DNA of 64,000 bases from Pirellulales bacterium. Its GTDB lineage: Bacteria > Planctomycetota > Planctomycetia > Pirellulales > PALSA-1355. Numbering within the stretch: the first letter of the stretch is position 1; every line of letters starts with the position of its first letter. Of the stretch, positions 10,208 to 21,881 are shown piece after piece. Under the pieces are notes generated by a model, which worked only from the letters and a program-made list of their open reading frames with translations, made no database searches and was not told where the DNA came from. A program made the position numbers and the translations under genes. The DNA lies in contig CAVTBU010000006.1 in assembly GCA_963733035.1 (NCBI GenBank), positions 768,001 through 832,000 of the forward strand, written 5' to 3'.

Positions 10208-11534
10208 TTAGAGCTTGTAGCCCTCGCTGTACGTCGGCTTGACCACCACTTCCACTTCGGGAGCGTTGGTCGGCTTCAGGTTTGCCGCGTCCCATTCGAT
10301 CCGCTTGCCGGGCGTTTCCGGTTCGGCGGCGGCCCACACGGCTAGGTTGCCGAGTAGAATCGTCTCGGTCAGAGGTGCGGCGTAGTTGGCAAAGTTGCTG
10401 CGGGCCGCCGGGCCACCCTTGATCGCGCGGGCGTACTCTTGGAAGTGGCCGGGCGATGCCTCGTACTCGACCTTGCCGGGGTCGGTTGCGCCACCCAGCA
10501 GCTTGTAACCCTTTTCGCAATAATCGCCGGGGGCAAACAACTTGCCTTTGTCGCCGATCAACAGCACGCCGGTTTCGCTCACCTGCTCGCCGTCGAACAG
10601 ATCGGGCGAGGGCTTCTGGCCGCCGTCGTACCAGACCATCTTGCAGGCCGCACGCTCGTCGGTCTTGGGGAATTCGTACGTGATGATCGACCACTTCGGA
10701 TAGCTGTCGTGGTTGTGTCCCGACGTCGTGGCCTGCACGGCATCCGGATCGCGCAAATCAAGCGCCATGAACGGCATGTTCACCGTGTGGCATGCCATGT
10801 CGCCCAGCGCCGGAACCGAAGTCCCACCATCCGCGCCAAGCGAACGGATGATAACCGGGGGCATAGGGTCGCGGGGGCGCACAGCCCAGCCACAGATCCC
10901 AGTGCACGTTCGACGGCACCGGAGCCTCGGGCGGGCGACCACCACCCTGCGGCCAGATCGGGCGATTCGTCCAGACGTGAACGTCCTTCACGTTGCCAAT
11001 CGCGCCCGACTGAATGACGGCCGACGTCTTGCGGAGCGAGTTGGCGGCCGTACCCTGGTTGCCCATCTGCGTGGCCACTTGCATTTCGGCGGCAATCTTG
11101 CCCAGTTCGCGGGCTTCCCAGATGGTGCGCGTGAGCGGCTTCTGCGTGAAGCAGGCCTTGCCCATCCGCATGGCCAGTGCGGACGCGGGGGCATGCATAT
11201 GGTCGGGCGTGCTCACCGTCACTGCGTCGATGTTCTTGCCCATCTCGTCGAGCATTTTGCGAAAGTCGTTATAGCGGGCAGCCTTGGTGAAGAACCGGCT
11301 GCCGGCCTTTTCGAGCGTGTTGTCGTCGATGTCGCAGATGGCCACGATGTCGCCATGTTCGGCTGCGTCGCGCGAATCGCTGCCGCCCTTGCCGCCGACA
11401 CCAATACAAGCAAAGCGAATGCGTTCGTTGGGCGATTTGCTGTCCTCGGCCGCGGCCTTGCCGGCCACGAACACACCGACGCCGGTCAGCGCCGTGCTCT
11501 TCAAAAATCGACGGCGATCTGTCAAATACGACAT
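10208..11534 (-). CDS. Gfo/Idh/MocA oxidoreductase with Tat signal (frameshift near 10808)
   Basis: [35 protein letters not shown] continues as ALGDMACH in another frame. Confidence 0.9.
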
Positions 11535-11856
11535 GGCGATAACACTCCTTGATATGGTTGGATTTAAGGCGAGATAATTACGGCGGGAAAACACGCTGCC
11601 CTTAGTCTAGACGATAATCTCTGGCGCCACGGCTCGCAATTAGCGGCACCGCAAACTTTTGGCCAATTTTACCTCGCCCAGCAGCTTCATGGGGCAGGCG
11701 GCCAGGAATGGGCGATTTTCGCTTGACCTCAACCGCCAGCCGGCAATTGCGGACGCTGCCCCGGGAAGTCATCATTGAGGCCATCAGCCACACGAAAATG
11801 CGGCTCACGCGCAGCCTCGAAATTCTCAATTTTCTCGATATGCAAAAGGGGGGTAA

Positions 11857-13017
11857 ATGCTCCGCCAACTGTGTGCCTGTGCCGCCGTGTGGACCATGGT
11901 CATGTGCCTCGCGTCAACCGCTGCCTGCCGGGCTGCGGAATCGGCCGGCTATCGCGCCTCGCTGTTCAATGGACGCAATCTCGATGGCTGGCAGGTCAGC
12001 GGCTGTGAGCCGAAGGTCGAAGCAGGTTTGCTCGTGCTGGGCGGTCCCGACGGCTGGCTGCGCACCGACGAAAAGCATGGCGACTTCGTGCTCGAACTCG
12101 ACTGGCGCAATCTCAAACCCAGCGAGTACGATTCCGGGATTTACATTCGCGCCGAGGAACCCGCGGCAGGCAAACCGTTTCCCGCCCGCTATCAGATAAA
12201 TCTCAAGCAAGGGGGCGAGGGCAACCTGATCGGATTCAAGAACGCCACGAGCAGCGGTTTAGTGAAGCCGGGCGAGTGGAATCATTTCAAGATCACCGTG
12301 ATCGGTGGCACGGCCGAGCTCGAGATTAACGGACAGCAGGCTTGGAAGGTTTCTGGCCTGGAAGCCGCCGACGGTTACATCGGCCTGCAATCGGAAGTAC
12401 CGCTTGGCGGACCGTTCGAGTTTCGCAATATCGAAGTAACCGACCTCGACTATCAGCCGCTGTTCAACGGCCACGATCTGGCCGGTTGGACTGGCGACAC
12501 CAACGGCTACGCGGTGGACGACGGCGCGATCGTCTGCCAGCCACGCGGCGGGCGGCTCTTCACGTCCGCCGAGTACTCTGACTTTTCGTTTCGCTTTGAT
12601 TTCAAAATGTCGGCCGACGGCAACAACGGGGTCGGCATCCGCACGCCCCTTACCGGCGACCCGGCCTATGTCGGCATGGAAATCCAGGTGCTCGACGATC
12701 ATTCGGCGAAGTATGAAAAATCCATCAAGCCGTGGCAGGCCCACGGATCGATCTACGGCATCGTGGCGGCCAAACGGGGCTTTCAAAAGCCGCTCGGCCA
12801 GTGGAACCACGAAGAGATCATCGCCAAGGGGCGCCACGTGACCGTGATTCTCAATGGTCACACGATTGTCGATGCCGACATTGACCAAGCGACCTCTGAC
12901 GGAACGCTCGACGGCAAGGATCACCCCGGCCTCAAGCGCGACAGCGGCCACATCGGCTTCTTGGGGCACGGCGCCCGAATCGAATTCGACAACATCCGCA
13001 TCAAGGAATTGAAATAG
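11857..13017 (+). CDS. Tandem DUF1080 (3-keto-disaccharide hydrolase-like) protein
   Basis: Two LFNGxxLxGW...GEWN/GQWN...GxIGxxxx...IEFxNI domains; signal peptide. Confidence 0.9.
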   Translation: MLRQLCACAAVWTMVMCLASTAACRAAESAGYRASLFNGRNLDGWQVSGCEPKVEAGLLVLGGPDGWLRTDEKHGDFVLELDWRNLKPSEYDSGIYIRAEEPAAGKPFPARYQINLKQGGEGNLIGFKNATSSGLVKPGEWNHFKITVIGGTAELEINGQQAWKVSGLEAADGYIGLQSEVPLGGPFEFRNIEVTDLDYQPLFNGHDLAGWTGDTNGYAVDDGAIVCQPRGGRLFTSAEYSDFSFRFDFKMSADGNNGVGIRTPLTGDPAYVGMEIQVLDDHSAKYEKSIKPWQAHGSIYGIVAAKRGFQKPLGQWNHEEIIAKGRHVTVILNGHTIVDADIDQATSDGTLDGKDHPGLKRDSGHIGFLGHGARIEFDNIRIKELK

Positions 13018-13062
13018 TTTGCAGGTTCCTCGGGCAGACGCCCGAGCTGTGCCACCAAACGC

Positions 13063-13106
13063 GAAAGGTGCCGGGAACCCATTAGGATCCCTGGCACCTT
13101 TTTTGT
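13063..13106. terminator. Intrinsic terminator between convergent genes
   Basis: AAAGGTGCCGGGAACC/GGATCCCTGGCACCTTTTTT hairpin with U-tract. Confidence 0.8.
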
Positions 13107-13126
13107 TCGGATATCAGCCCGTTCCG

Positions 13127-13321
13127 TTAGCGGGCGGCTGCCTCGGGTTCGGCGTCGCTCCAGGCGGCGATCCGGCGGAAGACTTCCTCGCGATGAATCG
13201 GCACGTTCGCAGGTCCGCTGAAACCCAGCTTGACGCGGTCACCGCGAATGTCGATCACGGTGACTTCAATGTCCTCGCCTATCACGACTCGTTCGTTCTT
13301 CTTTCGACTAAGCACAAGCAT
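13127..13321 (-). CDS. csrA: Carbon storage regulator CsrA/RsmA
   Basis: MLVLSRKKNERVVIG...VKLGF...VPIHREEV family pattern. Confidence 0.92.
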   Translation of the reverse strand: MLVLSRKKNERVVIGEDIEVTVIDIRGDRVKLGFSGPANVPIHREEVFRRIAAWSDAEPEAAAR

Positions 13322-13926
13322 CCTTCTGACTCCCTTCGTACTTTCGGTTTCTTACCCCGGATAGTGTTCGCCCGTTTGTTCGCTTTGGATTACGGTTCGC
13401 CGGTCGGTCGGGTTCGCCGGCTTACGTTGACTTTTTCCGCGTCGCATTCGCTAGTATCGATAGCACGTGGCCCAGTGCGTTTGTCACGTCTCGCCTGGAC
13501 ACCGAGGTATCGCTGGTGGTTCGCGAGCAGCGGTTCTGGTGCTGGTCGCGATTGGACGCTTGCTCGTGGTGTCGATGGCGATCGACCACGTGCGTCCAGC
13601 ATTCGGGCTATCGTCTCGCCCCGTGGGGCGTGGCGTGGCGGGAGGTCAACTCGTGAGGTCAAACTGGGCTCGCTGGAGGTCACGCTCGGGGACGCGTGGC
13701 GAGGTGCCAGTTCTGTAGCAACTCTCGGGCTGGCGAACTAATGGGTTGACCGTGAAAAGCAACCTAACTTCCCCGGCAAATGCGAGTCAATGTCAGTTTG
13801 TCGCGATTTTTTCGTGCTGGCTGACAGCGTCGCCTGTGCAACGCTGGGCTTTTCACGGGCTGGTCGGTCCGATTCAATGCAAGCACGCGGCAGCGCGTCA
13901 AATTCGCCGTCCTCTTGGTCAAACCC

Positions 13927-14310
13927 ATGCCCCGTTATGTTCGCCAGCCTGAGTCCTGGGTGCACAAGTTCCGGGTTGCCACGCGCGGCGTCGTGCGTGC
14001 CTTCATCAGCCAGCGCAGCTTTTGGATACATCTACCTGTGGCAGCGGCCGTGTTGATCGGGGCAGCACTGCACGGCGTGACCCGCATGGAGTGGGCCATT
14101 TTGATCATCTGCATCACGATCGTGCTTGCCGCCGAAATGTTCAACACGGCACTCGAACACCTGGCTCGCGTCGTCACCGACGAAGAGAACGAAGACGTCC
14201 GCCAGGCCCTGGATATCGCCAGCGGCGCGGTATTGGTGACGGCCATCGGCGCGTTGGCAGTGGGGAGCATGATTTTGCTCACGCGACTGTGGGCCGACGT
14301 GATGAGGTAA
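13927..14310 (+). CDS. dgkA: Diacylglycerol/undecaprenol kinase family protein
   Basis: AEMFNTALEHL and DIASGAVL motifs; 3 TM segments. Confidence 0.88.
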   Translation: MPRYVRQPESWVHKFRVATRGVVRAFISQRSFWIHLPVAAAVLIGAALHGVTRMEWAILIICITIVLAAEMFNTALEHLARVVTDEENEDVRQALDIASGAVLVTAIGALAVGSMILLTRLWADVMR

Positions 14311-14394
14311 TCGGTCGCGGCGCCGGTGGCAGCCCGATTTCAATCGCGGCAGATTTCGTTTTTATGCCGCACGCGCAGGCATCAACTCGTGCGC

Positions 14395-14528
14395 GGCCAA
14401 CGGCCTCGGTCTGCAACAGTCAGGGGCACCGCCCCTGGATTCGAGGACGCATCCACAACTCGTTTGTCACTAGGGCTGAAGGGTTCCAGGGGCGGTGCCC
14501 CTGGCTGTCACAGGTTGGGCCGTTGGCC
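14395..14528. repeat. REP/REPIN-like long inverted repeat
   Basis: GGCCAACGGCC..CAGTCAGGGGCACCGCCCCTGGA mirrored by TCCAGGGGCGGTGCCCCTGGCTG..GGCCGTTGGCC. Confidence 0.75.
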
Positions 14529-14552
14529 CAGCAACGCGTTCGGTTGCTCTTA

Positions 14553-15803
14553 TTACTCGAGTGCGGCGTTCAGTTCAATCTTGGGCGCGACCTGTTGAAG
14601 CCAATTTGGCAGACCTACATATGCGTCCGGATCAGCATCATACGCAACTTGCTCCTCTAATGGCTCGCCGATCACATTGAGTGTGATCTTAGCCATCGTG
14701 TTGGCAGTCAGATCGACGTCGAGCTTAACCGACTTCGAAAGGTGCGATTGCGTGCCGCCGAAGACGTTGCCGCTGGGAAAATCGATTCCGAGTTGAACTT
14801 CGTACTTCCGTGGCGGCAGCCACCAGGAATGGGGCAGCTTCGCGGGAGGGAGGCTTGCTCCGGCGGCATCGCTCGTCGCCGGCGGTAGGGGCAACGGCCA
14901 GCCATCTCGTGGCGGGCTATCGCTGGGCGAAAGCGGGCCATGTAGATAGCCGTAGATGTCGTCACTGCGGATTGCCAACCATACCAGGACTTTCACTTGT
15001 GCAAGACCAATCCGGACCTCGTCAGGGATATCCTTCACTTCAAGCGTCAATCGCGCGGGGGCAAGCAAATTGAGGTCGACCGTCGATTTGCCCAGACCGG
15101 TAAAGAGATAGAGGGGCTGACTTTGCAGTCGGCTAAAGAGCAAGTCATTCGCGTCGGACTTGCCTTCGGGATCCAACAGCGGCGCCAACAGGCAATACGC
15201 ACCGGACGGCAGGGTGCCGCTGTCAAAACGTCCCTGGGCATCGGTGCGAAAGCGGCGCGTCACGACGCCGGATGCTGTTACGGCTCCCCTTGAAACTGTC
15301 GCGGGTTCCTCGGAAAAACGATAGACCTGAATCTCGACGTCTTTCGCCGGACGCGAGGGATCGCCCAGGTAGGCGATGCCCGATACGTCGGGCGGTCGCT
15401 GTTGGGCGAGCATGGCCTCCTGGGTGGCGGTGAGTGTCTCCAGTTTCGCGGAGAGTTCCTCGGTACGTACGGAGAGATTGTGTTGCATCTGCCAACCGCC
15501 GAATCCCACCACGGCCACGCCGATCGTCAACAAAGCAAGAAGTGCGATGCCCACGGTGCGATACATGACTTCCTCCCCGTTGTGAATCCACCAAACTTGC
15601 CGCTTGATGCGCGCGACGTTGCCAAAACGCTGCTGAGCCAGTTGTGCCGCCTGCTCCTCACTCTGACCGCGACGCACCTGGTCGCTGGCCGCGGATGCGA
15701 GGTGATCGGCGATCTCGGCCGCGAGCTGTTCGTCGAGTGATTCTTCAGGTGACGCGGCGGTTTTGCGCTCCCGACCTGGGTCACCCGCAAACGACTGCGA
15801 CAT
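14553..15803 (-). CDS. PadR-associated membrane protein (permease-prefix/HAAS-like N-terminus, one TM, beta-rich external part)
   Basis: EIADHL...GQSEEQAAQLAQQRFG N-terminal motif; overlaps the padR stop. Confidence 0.7.
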   Translation of the reverse strand: MSQSFAGDPGRERKTAASPEESLDEQLAAEIADHLASAASDQVRRGQSEEQAAQLAQQRFGNVARIKRQVWWIHNGEEVMYRTVGIALLALLTIGVAVVGFGGWQMQHNLSVRTEELSAKLETLTATQEAMLAQQRPPDVSGIAYLGDPSRPAKDVEIQVYRFSEEPATVSRGAVTASGVVTRRFRTDAQGRFDSGTLPSGAYCLLAPLLDPEGKSDANDLLFSRLQSQPLYLFTGLGKSTVDLNLLAPARLTLEVKDIPDEVRIGLAQVKVLVWLAIRSDDIYGYLHGPLSPSDSPPRDGWPLPLPPATSDAAGASLPPAKLPHSWWLPPRKYEVQLGIDFPSGNVFGGTQSHLSKSVKLDVDLTANTMAKITLNVIGEPLEEQVAYDADPDAYVGLPNWLQQVAPKIELNAALE

Positions 15804-16131
15804 GGGCGATCCCCAGTATCTGGTTGACCGTCTTGCTGAACGCTTCCCACTCGACCCGGAGCGTCTCGAGGTAGCGCTTGCCGTCGGCGGTCAGATGGTA
15901 GTGTTTACGTTTGCGGCCCTCGGGCGAGGTCTTCCACGTGGCGCGGAGATAGCCCCGCTTTTCCAGGCGATGGAGCGCGGGGTAGAGCGTTCCCTCTTGA
16001 GCCAGCAGTTGGCCGCCGCTGGCTTGTTGGATGGCCCGGACAATCTCATAGCCGTAGGTCGCGCCGGCGGCGATCAGTTCCAGAACCACCGGTTCGAGCG
16101 CTCCGCGCACCAGGTCAGGGTTTTGCGCCAT
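15781..16131 (-). CDS. PadR family transcriptional regulator
   Basis: YGYEI; EGTLYPALHRLEKRG; RKHYHLTADGK. Confidence 0.93.
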   Translation of the reverse strand: MAQNPDLVRGALEPVVLELIAAGATYGYEIVRAIQQASGGQLLAQEGTLYPALHRLEKRGYLRATWKTSPEGRKRKHYHLTADGKRYLETLRVEWEAFSKTVNQILGIAHVAVVCG

Positions 16132-16157
16132 GGTTGAATCGACCCTTTGAGAGCATG

Positions 16158-16203
16158 GTACCTTGTGTGGCTAGGTGTCAAGATACATGGCTAGGCAAGG
16201 TAT
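16158..16203. promoter_or_regulatory. Two imperfect palindromes, putative PadR operators
   Basis: GTACCTTG-N5-CTAGGTGT (16158-16178) and ATACATGG-N5-CAAGGTAT (16183-16203); each is adjacent to TTGAC on the minus strand. Confidence 0.55.
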
Positions 16204-16348
16204 GTCAAGCCGATTGCGAGAATGTTCGTATGTTGCATGCGAGGGCGCGGAGGAAATCTGAACCCCGCGCCGGCGTGGCGCCGAGCGGCTTTCGCCCCTC
16301 CGGGGGCGAGGAGGTTTGCGAACTCCGGCCGTGCCGAACCGCGTCGCG

Positions 16349-16834
16349 TTACTTCCCCTCCCGCTCGTGCAACTCGGCGTGCTCTTTGGCATCGTGCGGG
16401 CGGTTATCTTGGCCAGGCGACGCGGTGAACTCGATGCGGTCGACGAATTTGACATTCGCGCATTCGTCGATCTCGGAGGTGTGGCAGGCGGCGAAGTCTT
16501 GAATGTAGAACCGCACCGGGCCGCCGGACTTCTCGGGCAGCGGTTGGCCTTCCAGGCGGTAGATCAGAAACGCCCGGTCGCGTACTGCATCCAAAGGAAT
16601 GCTGGCGTGAAAGTCGTCGCGCGAGGCATGCAGCGTCAGGTACTTGGCGGACGGTCTCGGTTGAACCAGCGCCAACAGCCCGGCCAACGTGATCGCATCG
16701 CCTTTCCGCTTGGGATCCATCTGGCTGACGTCCTGCAGCTGATGCTCGGCCGGAAAGTCCGACAGTTCGGCGAATGTAAACGTTCGCGGCGATTCGACGT
16801 CGCCTTCAATCGTTAGCGCAGGAGAATGTGACAT
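16349..16834 (-). CDS. Molybdopterin-dependent oxidoreductase-like domain protein
   Basis: LTIEGDVESPRTFTFAEL; YRLEGQPLPEKSGGPVRF; ANVKFVDRIE. Confidence 0.75.
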   Translation of the reverse strand: MSHSPALTIEGDVESPRTFTFAELSDFPAEHQLQDVSQMDPKRKGDAITLAGLLALVQPRPSAKYLTLHASRDDFHASIPLDAVRDRAFLIYRLEGQPLPEKSGGPVRFYIQDFAACHTSEIDECANVKFVDRIEFTASPGQDNRPHDAKEHAELHEREGK

Positions 16835-16844
16835 AGATTGCGCC

Positions 16845-18143
16845 CTAATCGTCATATTTCTTCATGGGATCTGGGATTTCTTCAAGCAATTCGGCCCGAT
16901 CGACTCGAGTTAGGACAAATAGCTGCGTGGCATCAACGATCTTTAGACGTTTTTGATTTGTGTCGTAGTATAGAAAGGGCGGATTGACGTCGTGTTGCAA
17001 TGAAGGAAGGCGTGTCAGTAAATGAGTAATATCGCCGGTACGAATAGTTTCCTTGTCCTGCCGTCGATGCAACCCTCGGATCAAAGTCAGTAAATGGTCG
17101 CGGCGAATACCTTGCCGTAATTCCTCAAGTGGCGCAGTGAGTATTACCTGTGCCAAATAGTACGGAAGCGTGAGGGAATCGTCGTGATCGACGCGGCTTC
17201 GGCTGGCAATTCCGTCGAGAACTTTTACGAGGCGGCCTTTGTGCCCTTCGACGGTCATGGCGAACGTCTTTTCAACGGTTCCGTCGTCCTCTAACACCTT
17301 CCTATTGTTCAAAGTCTCCACCACATCGTGGAGAGCGCAATACGTCTTCAGAAAGTCTTGAAGCATCCCGACGTTGCCGTATGCACTCGTGCAAAACGTT
17401 AACTGTATTTCACTTGGGATTTCGCAGTTAAGCTGCCGACATCCCACTTCGATTACGCGCAAGAAGTCTTCTTCCTGCCATGGTTCGACCGGAACCTCCG
17501 AAATACGACCTTGCAGGTCGCCATTGTGCACGAGAAGTAGGTCGGATTCCTGCCATATCCCGAGAATAATGAAGCGAAGAGAAACCTCGTGAAAAGCCTT
17601 GAGATCGAACGCTACGAGCTTCTGCGTCTCCAAAGGCAGGTAATGGAAGTTTTCAAGCACAATTATCTTGTCAAATTTGACGGCCTGCAGGAGCTCGCAA
17701 ATTGACTGCGCCTCAGCAAGATCATGGCCAACGAATTCGGTCGTGAGGGTTTTCTGACGCGCTGCTTCAGTGCCCATTTCGAGGTCCGTCTGCGCTCCGC
17801 CGATCCAAGGTATGACCGCTTTGAAACTCCAAGTGCTCTTGAGGCTTCCCTTGGTAGCGTCCGATTGCGACTCAGACATTTCGAGGCGCACGCCAGCGTC
17901 TCTTAGCACCGACTGGTAGATGGTTTCCGTCGTGGTTTTGGGACCGCATCGAACGATGACGCACTGGTCATCCGATACGTGTTTTTGTCGTAATGCTGTC
18001 TTTCCCTGCTTTGACGACCCATAGATTACAATGTGGTTTTCCGTTCGAAGTGCGGTTGTAAATCGACCATCGACCTTTGGACGCTCGACGTAACTGAGGA
18101 CTGGGTGCGGTGATATCCCGAATACCTCTTCGAGGCGTGGCAT
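16845..18143 (-). CDS. Stand-alone P-loop NTPase (STAND/AAA-like), AT-richer than its flanks
   Basis: YVER, Walker A HIVIYGSSKQGKT, Walker B-like IIVLENFH; 432 aa. Confidence 0.7.
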   Translation of the reverse strand: MPRLEEVFGISPHPVLSYVERPKVDGRFTTALRTENHIVIYGSSKQGKTALRQKHVSDDQCVIVRCGPKTTTETIYQSVLRDAGVRLEMSESQSDATKGSLKSTWSFKAVIPWIGGAQTDLEMGTEAARQKTLTTEFVGHDLAEAQSICELLQAVKFDKIIVLENFHYLPLETQKLVAFDLKAFHEVSLRFIILGIWQESDLLLVHNGDLQGRISEVPVEPWQEEDFLRVIEVGCRQLNCEIPSEIQLTFCTSAYGNVGMLQDFLKTYCALHDVVETLNNRKVLEDDGTVEKTFAMTVEGHKGRLVKVLDGIASRSRVDHDDSLTLPYYLAQVILTAPLEELRQGIRRDHLLTLIRGLHRRQDKETIRTGDITHLLTRLPSLQHDVNPPFLYYDTNQKRLKIVDATQLFVLTRVDRAELLEEIPDPMKKYDD

Positions 18144-18241
18144 GATTGGCGTTTCCTGTTTAGGTTGCATCCACGTTTTTGCGCACAAATCGCAATCGGA
18201 TTCTGTAGCCCAATTACGCGTCCTGCAAGTCAATATGTCGC

Positions 18242-18280
18242 AAAAAACGGGTGCCGCCCCCTACCAGGACGACACCCGTT
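18242..18280 (-). terminator. Intrinsic terminator of nrdJ
   Basis: AACGGGTG...CACCCGTT stem followed by TTTTTT on the minus strand. Confidence 0.75.
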
Positions 18281-18324
18281 GTATCGAACGCGGGTTGCTC
18301 GCGGGCCTCCGGCCCGACAATCCT

Positions 18325-21342
<3,018 letters not shown>

Positions 21343-21503
21343 AGAAGAATAGCTCCCTGCTAGAGACGTCCGTGTGGGCATGCGGTCAATGTACGTCCGT
21401 ATACTAGTCTCGGGTTTCGCTGGCCACAAACCTGAGACTACATCCGTGTATGCGAGCTTCCTGCTGTTAGACCACCCGATGGCGGTAGAAATCGGCGCTC
21501 AGT

Positions 21504-21550
21504 ACACTAGATATTGTAGCAGATGCCCTCAATACCACAATATACGGTGC
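21504..21550. promoter_or_regulatory. Tandem NrdR boxes
   Basis: ACACTAGATATTGTAG (21504-21519) and CCACAATATACGGTGC (21535-21550), starts 31 bp apart, upstream of nrdJ; match consensus acaCwAtATaTwGtgt. Confidence 0.85.
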
Positions 21551-21881
21551 ACGGGAGCCAAATCTTAATCAAATCCGCAGGCGAGTCAATCACGCGCAAG
21601 ACTGTTCGGAACGCCTTGCAACAGCGAAAGTTGAGTGCTTTATACCCCTGCGGACGGGGGCTTTTAACAAAGGGCTCACACGGGCCAGCGAGCCTTGTTT
21701 TTGCGGGCAACTCGACATTTCCGAGCGTGCAACAAGAGATTGCTAGCAGCGGCGAAAAATTTTCAGAAATTTTCGCCGGCCAAATTCCCGTTTGCGACAA
21801 GCTAGGCAGCCCACGCGGACGTTTAGTGAAGCTGGGGCGCGGCGCTCATAACTGCTTGTCGAATTGGTGCTGGTAGCGCGG

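Noticed and set aside
11620..11640. Sigma54-like TGGCGC...TCGCA
   Set aside because: GG-to-GC spacing is off by one base from the strict -24/-12 rule.
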